Of a stretch of 38,283 nt of DNA, positions 34,547 to 38,283 are shown piece by piece. Position 1 is the first letter of the stretch. Each line of letters opens with the position of its first letter. The position numbers were made by a program, and so were the translations under genes. Source of the DNA: a virus (taxonomy: Duplodnaviria > Caudoviricetes); the IMG/VR virus record IMGVR_UViG_3300033067_001063, positions 1-38,283 of that record; one strand, written 5' to 3'. The notes beneath the pieces are model-generated. The model worked only from the letters and a program-made list of their open reading frames with translations, did not search any database and was not told where the DNA came from.

Positions 34547-35136
34547 CAGACCCGCCTGAACTCCAGCACCCACACCCACGGGTTCGCATCCCACGAGCCG
34601 GCGCCGTTGATGGACTCCCACAGCAGCCGGAACCCCCACCGGTGGGTGCCCTGGTGAGGGAAGATGCACTCGCGCCCACTGGCAAGATCGGCCGAAGGCG
34701 CACCCTCGGCCACCGCATCCGCCTCGCTGATGTCCTGCAGCCGCTCCACGCGCACGCCGGTGACATCCAGCGTGATGCGGCTGGCCCAGCGTGGCATGTG
34801 GATCGACGGGCGCCACAGCAAGCCGCCGCGCTCTTCGCTGGCCGCGTAGTGGATGCGCCAGCCGCCGACGTCCATCTCGCTGGGCTTGAGGTGATCGGCG
34901 TTGTGACCTACCGCCCACGTCTCCCGCACCCACAGCCGGTCTCCGGGCTCTCGCCAGTACGGGCAGTGAGCCTCCCGTATGCCGGTCGTCGCCGGCCCTG
35001 CCGATGCCATCCGCACGACGGCGCCGCCGCTGCTGATGAAAAGGTCGGGCGCCAGCGCCCGCCGCGTCTGCGTCTTGCTGCCCGCCAAGATCGCGCGCAC
35101 CATCGGCGCCGAGAACAAGATCGGCCGCTCGCGCAT
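34546..35136 (-). CDS. Conserved phage protein, ASCH/PUA-like (196 aa)
   Basis: RERPILFSAPMVRAILAGSKTQTRR, PGDRLWVRETW, WRPSIHMPRWASRI, VERLQDISEADAVAEG, WDANPWVWV. Confidence 0.85.
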   Translation of the reverse strand: MRERPILFSAPMVRAILAGSKTQTRRALAPDLFISSGGAVVRMASAGPATTGIREAHCPYWREPGDRLWVRETWAVGHNADHLKPSEMDVGGWRIHYAASEERGGLLWRPSIHMPRWASRITLDVTGVRVERLQDISEADAVAEGAPSADLASGRECIFPHQGTHRWGFRLLWESINGAGSWDANPWVWVLEFRRV

Positions 35137-35348
35137 CACGGCGCCACCTTCCGGCGGCGCGCGGCCGCCTCTCGTTCAACTTCCGGTTTTGCCGCCTCGG
35201 CTGCGGCGCGCGCACCGCGCATGCCCCCGTGGTCGGCCGCGGCGAAGAACCGCGACACGTACCGCGGGTTGTCCCAGTACGCCCGCACCTGCCAGCCGCG
35301 GGTCGTGCTCTGCGCGCGCTGGCGCTGGATGCGGACGAGGTAGGCCAC
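35136..35348 (-). CDS. AP2-like small DNA-binding protein (70 aa)
   Basis: RGWQVR...SRFFAAADHGGMRGARAAA pattern; start codon uncertain. Confidence 0.55.
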   Translation of the reverse strand: MAYLVRIQRQRAQSTTRGWQVRAYWDNPRYVSRFFAAADHGGMRGARAAAEAAKPEVEREAAARRRKVAP

Positions 35349-35351
35349 GGG

Positions 35352-35714
35352 TCAGACGGAATGCGTGCCTTCGACGCCGCGGCGCATGCGCTCCAGCGTG
35401 CGCTGCTGCAGCCAGTGCATCGCCTCTTCGATGTGCGTCAGCGCGCAAGCGTTGGCCTTGCACGAGTAGGGGCCGGACTGGAAGCCGCGCAGGCGATCGG
35501 CAACGATGGCGAGCAGCACTTCGTGCGTCACGCCGTTGACGCCGTTGCCATCGGCGCTGATGGGGCCGTCCTGGAACTGGATCAGCGTCGGCCCCGCCGG
35601 GAAGCCGCCGATCAGGTACTTGTGGTTCGCGCCGCCGTGGCCTGGTTCATCCAGGGTCTGCAGGGTCAGCGTGTCATTGGCCGGGTTGACCTTGTGCTCT
35701 TCGATCGTTCGCAT
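35352..35714 (-). CDS. tad1: Tad1-like anti-defence signal-sponge protein (120 aa)
   Basis: GHGGANHKY, IQFQDG, NGVTHEVLLAIVADRLRGFQSGPYSCKANACALTHIEEAMHWLQQR...RGVEGT closely follow the Tad1 family pattern as recalled; GAAGGA RBS. Confidence 0.82.
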   Translation of the reverse strand: MRTIEEHKVNPANDTLTLQTLDEPGHGGANHKYLIGGFPAGPTLIQFQDGPISADGNGVNGVTHEVLLAIVADRLRGFQSGPYSCKANACALTHIEEAMHWLQQRTLERMRRGVEGTHSV

Positions 35715-35728
35715 GTGTGAGATGTCCT

Positions 35729-36802
35729 TCACGTTGGTGGAAACAGACTCGGCTCGCGCGCCTCCTTCTCGGCGGCCTGGAGCTTCGTCAGGGGGAACTC
35801 GTCGTGGGTGCGGCCGTCGAGCAGGCGGCCGGCGGCCTTCTTGCCGGCGCGATAGAGCACCTCGTCGCCACCGAAGAAATCCACGCCGGCGCCGCGCGGT
35901 GGTTCGCTGCCGTCGGCGCGGATCCAGCGCTCCGCGAGCAGGCGTTCGTCGTCATCGGCGACGGACTCAGCCGGTGCCCACTCCCCCCACTGCTTGAACA
36001 GGAACGGCACGCCGGCAGCCGCACACTGGTCGCGCAGGCTGCGGGCCCAGTCCGGGTGCATCGGGCGCGCGTGAGGGCCACTCTCTCCGCCGCAGATCAC
36101 CCAGTGCAGCATGTCGTAGACGCTGCTGCAGTTCTTCGTCGGATCGAACGGCAGGCGCCAGTTCACCGGGCCGTGCCTCACCTCGTGTGGGTGCGACATG
36201 CTGTCGGGCACGACGGACTTGCACTGCGGGCACCACGAGGTGATGGCATTGAAGCCCGGCAGGGTGATCGGCCCGAGCATCGGCTCGATCGACAGGAACC
36301 TCACCCGCGCCGGCACCGCGAGCAGCTTGGGCACGTCGCGGTCGGCCTCGGCCTGCGTGACCACGGTGGCGCCCAGCCAGACGTTCGGCATCGGCTGCTC
36401 CCCGCCGCCGCACTGCTGCGCCACCTCTCGCATCATCGGTAGGGCATTGCCGATGCGCTTCGTGAGCAGCAGCCAGTCGAGGTGCGGCGTGCTGGCGATC
36501 AGCCGGAACAGGTCGACGCGCCACTGCACCGGCACCTCGTTGTCGAACACGTCGGCCAGCGACGCGCAGAACACGCGGAAGCGCCGCCCCTCGCGCTGGG
36601 CCTGCGCGTTCCACTTGATCGGCAGCCGCCAGTTGGCGTCCGTGGTGCGACGCCGAGGCTCGCCGTGGCCCCACCGTACCGTGCCGCTGCGCTTCGCCCA
36701 CGACTCGGCGTAGCAGTGGTCGCACGCGGGCGACACCTTCGTGCAGCCGGTCCACGGGTTGAAGGTGTGGTCGGCCCACTCGATTGCGGTGTTCTCAGCC
36801 AT
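35729..36802 (-). CDS. DUF5131 (phage Gp37/Gp68) radical-SAM-like protein (357 aa)
   Basis: IEWADHTFNPWTGCTKVSPACDHCYAE, VFCASLADVF, LLLTKR, RFLSIEPMLG, WVICGGESG, FLFKQWG. Confidence 0.92.
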   Translation of the reverse strand: MAENTAIEWADHTFNPWTGCTKVSPACDHCYAESWAKRSGTVRWGHGEPRRRTTDANWRLPIKWNAQAQREGRRFRVFCASLADVFDNEVPVQWRVDLFRLIASTPHLDWLLLTKRIGNALPMMREVAQQCGGGEQPMPNVWLGATVVTQAEADRDVPKLLAVPARVRFLSIEPMLGPITLPGFNAITSWCPQCKSVVPDSMSHPHEVRHGPVNWRLPFDPTKNCSSVYDMLHWVICGGESGPHARPMHPDWARSLRDQCAAAGVPFLFKQWGEWAPAESVADDDERLLAERWIRADGSEPPRGAGVDFFGGDEVLYRAGKKAAGRLLDGRTHDEFPLTKLQAAEKEAREPSLFPPT

Positions 36803-36860
36803 GGGGCTCTCCGATCTCGTTGCGCACGGCGGCGAGCTGGCGGTGCAGGGGGATGGTCAT
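36795..36860 (-). CDS. Possible 21-aa coupled micro-ORF or gene remnant MTIPLHRQLAAVRNEIGEPHG
   Basis: ATGA overlap with upstream stop and ATGGCTGA overlap with DUF5131 start. Confidence 0.35.
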   Translation of the reverse strand: MTIPLHRQLAAVRNEIGEPHG

Positions 36861-37708
36861 ACGCCAGCCTCCGGCCGATACGCTGGATGCTGCGAGCAGC
36901 GCTTCCAGAACATCGCCTCGTCGGCGCGCATCAGCATCAGGTGCGCGATCACGTCGTCGGTCGGGCACATCGCGCCGGCCCACGATCCCGCGTAGTACGC
37001 GATCGGGTGCATGCACATCGCGCAGAGGATCTTCGCCTCGCCCTTCACCGTGTGGATTGCCACCGTCGGCTTGAGCTTGCGGAACAGGTAAGTCACGCCG
37101 GACAGCGGGCTGCTCTCCAGGAACATGCCCGTCAGCAGGTACTGCTTCATGGCTCGATGCTTGAGCAGCCCGGAGAGCGTCTGCAGCGCGTTGCTCTCCT
37201 GCTCGATGCCCCACGCCTCCGAGCACCCGAGCGTGCGCAGGTCGTGGCGCAGGTGGTTCGCGCCCGGCACCATGCCCCACTTGATGCGGCCACCGCTCTC
37301 GACGATCACGATGTCGGAGCGCCAGTGCGACGACCAGAAGGTGTTGCGGTGCTTCGCGTCGGGATCGACTCGCCGGCCGGGCAGGGGGTCATCGCTGCCC
37401 ATCCGCATGAATGCTTCAGCGTTGGGGTAGCGCGGCTCCACGACGAGGCGCTCGCCCTCCAGAGGCATCGGGATGCCGGCCCAGTCGCCGCGCTCTTCGC
37501 CGATGGCGCGCAGCGCGTTGCGCAGCGGCGCGAAGTTGTCGAAACGCTCGACGAGCTCACGCCTACCCGCCGGCTGTTGGAGCCACTGCGACGGCGCGAG
37601 ACTTCTCTGCGGGGACGAGCTTGGCCGGGCGTCCGCGCTTGCGCGGCGCTGCTGGCGCTGCTGCTGGCGCCTCTCCAGCCGGCGCAGCTTCGTGATGCTC
37701 TTGGACAT
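36857..37708 (-). CDS. Hypothetical protein (283 aa) with Cys/His/Asp-rich C-terminal domain
   Basis: GGAGG/AGGA RBS before ATG 37708; WAGIPMP, YLLTGMFLE, LCAMCMHP, CPTDDVIAH, DEAMFW. Confidence 0.8.
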   Translation of the reverse strand: MSKSITKLRRLERRQQQRQQRRASADARPSSSPQRSLAPSQWLQQPAGRRELVERFDNFAPLRNALRAIGEERGDWAGIPMPLEGERLVVEPRYPNAEAFMRMGSDDPLPGRRVDPDAKHRNTFWSSHWRSDIVIVESGGRIKWGMVPGANHLRHDLRTLGCSEAWGIEQESNALQTLSGLLKHRAMKQYLLTGMFLESSPLSGVTYLFRKLKPTVAIHTVKGEAKILCAMCMHPIAYYAGSWAGAMCPTDDVIAHLMLMRADEAMFWKRCSQHPAYRPEAGV

Positions 37709-37976
37709 GGTCCTGGTCCTCCATGGGAGCGGGCGCGGGCATGGCGACGGGATCGAAGTCGGCGATGACGTACTCGCAGGTGTCCTCGCGGAAGTCCAGC
37801 GCACGCTCGAACTTCTTCACGCCGTCGCGCTCCACCTCGACGAGTAGCGCGTAGCCGCGGCGCAGCATGTCGCGCACGATGCGTGCCGCCCGGATGCGCT
37901 CGACGGGGTTGTTCGGGTCGAACGACAGCTTCGTGTCGCCCGCTCCGACGTTGAGGATGCCGACAGAGCCGTTCAT
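37563..37976 (-). CDS. Hypothetical protein ending in Gly-Gly (137 aa)
   Basis: TGATG-coupled; GDTKLSFDPNN, MLRRGYALLV; ends AVAVAPTAGG-stop. Confidence 0.75.
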   Translation of the reverse strand: MNGSVGILNVGAGDTKLSFDPNNPVERIRAARIVRDMLRRGYALLVEVERDGVKKFERALDFREDTCEYVIADFDPVAMPAPAPMEDQDHVQEHHEAAPAGEAPAAAPAAPRKRGRPAKLVPAEKSRAVAVAPTAGG

Positions 37977-38188
37977 CAGTTCGCCCCCCGCTGCGCGTCG
38001 GCCCGGATGTCGGCGGCCATGCTCTCCAGCATCGTCGGCAGCACGCGCAGCAGCTCGGGCTCCTTGGTCTGCACCGCGAAGCCGGTCCCGCGATCGCCTT
38101 CGATGACGACGAGGATGCAGGCCACCGCGCCGGTGTCGCGCAGCGCGGCCTCGCACTCGGCGCCGTACTTACCCGGGCCGGCCGCCAT
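37976..38188 (-). CDS. Hypothetical protein (70 aa)
   Basis: Coupled on both sides (TGATG); GPGKY, ILVVIEGDRGTGF. Confidence 0.7.
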   Translation of the reverse strand: MAAGPGKYGAECEAALRDTGAVACILVVIEGDRGTGFAVQTKEPELLRVLPTMLESMAADIRADAQRGAN

Positions 38189-38283
38189 CACTGCACCGTC
38201 GACGTCGCCGCCAGCGCCTGCTCGGGCGTGGTCTGCTGGAACGGGCTCTTGCCGCTGGCGTCGAGCGCGGCCTTCGAGGCCTC
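38188..38283 (-). CDS. 3' end of a gene truncated by the window edge (EASKAALDASGKSPFQQTTPEQALAATSTVQ)
   Basis: Open frame from window end to TGA at 38188-38190 overlapping next ATG. Confidence 0.55.
   Translation of the reverse strand, partial: EASKAALDASGKSPFQQTTPEQALAATSTVQ

Larger units (their letters stand above)
1..38283. mobile_element. Temperate HK97-type siphophage genome segment
   Basis: Complete packaging, head, tail and lysis modules plus attP-int-xis; no host genes seen. Confidence 0.95.

Overview
This window holds most of the genome of a high-GC temperate HK97-type siphophage. A Gram-negative, probably betaproteobacterial host is inferred. The + strand (58-33244) carries terS, terL, a prohead protease/major capsid fusion with an internal start, portal, a ~7.4 kb block of collagen-, Ig-, propeller- and repeat-rich putative virion decoration genes, neck genes, and a translationally coupled six-gene cassette of three glycosyltransferase-like and three SAM-methyltransferase genes inserted between head-closure and tail-completion genes. 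It continues with the tail module (major tail protein, chaperones with a GGGAAAC -1 frameshift site, 1633-aa tape measure, tail tip genes) and a holin / GH108 endolysin / lipoprotein cluster. A small opposite-strand operon with a near-consensus sigma70 promoter and palindromic operator lies just before the holin. An attP-like core matching the 3' half of tRNA-Cys (33337-33382) separates the late genes from a - strand early arm: tyrosine integrase, excisionase, ASCH-like, AP2-like, a Tad1-like anti-defence sponge, DUF5131, and an overlapping gene pair in which one product ends in a ubiquitin/ThiS-like Gly-Gly. The best candidates for undescribed biology are the virion glycosylation/methylation cassette with its decoration island, and the Gly-Gly protein with its partner. 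All family calls come from motif recognition by eye; no searches were run.
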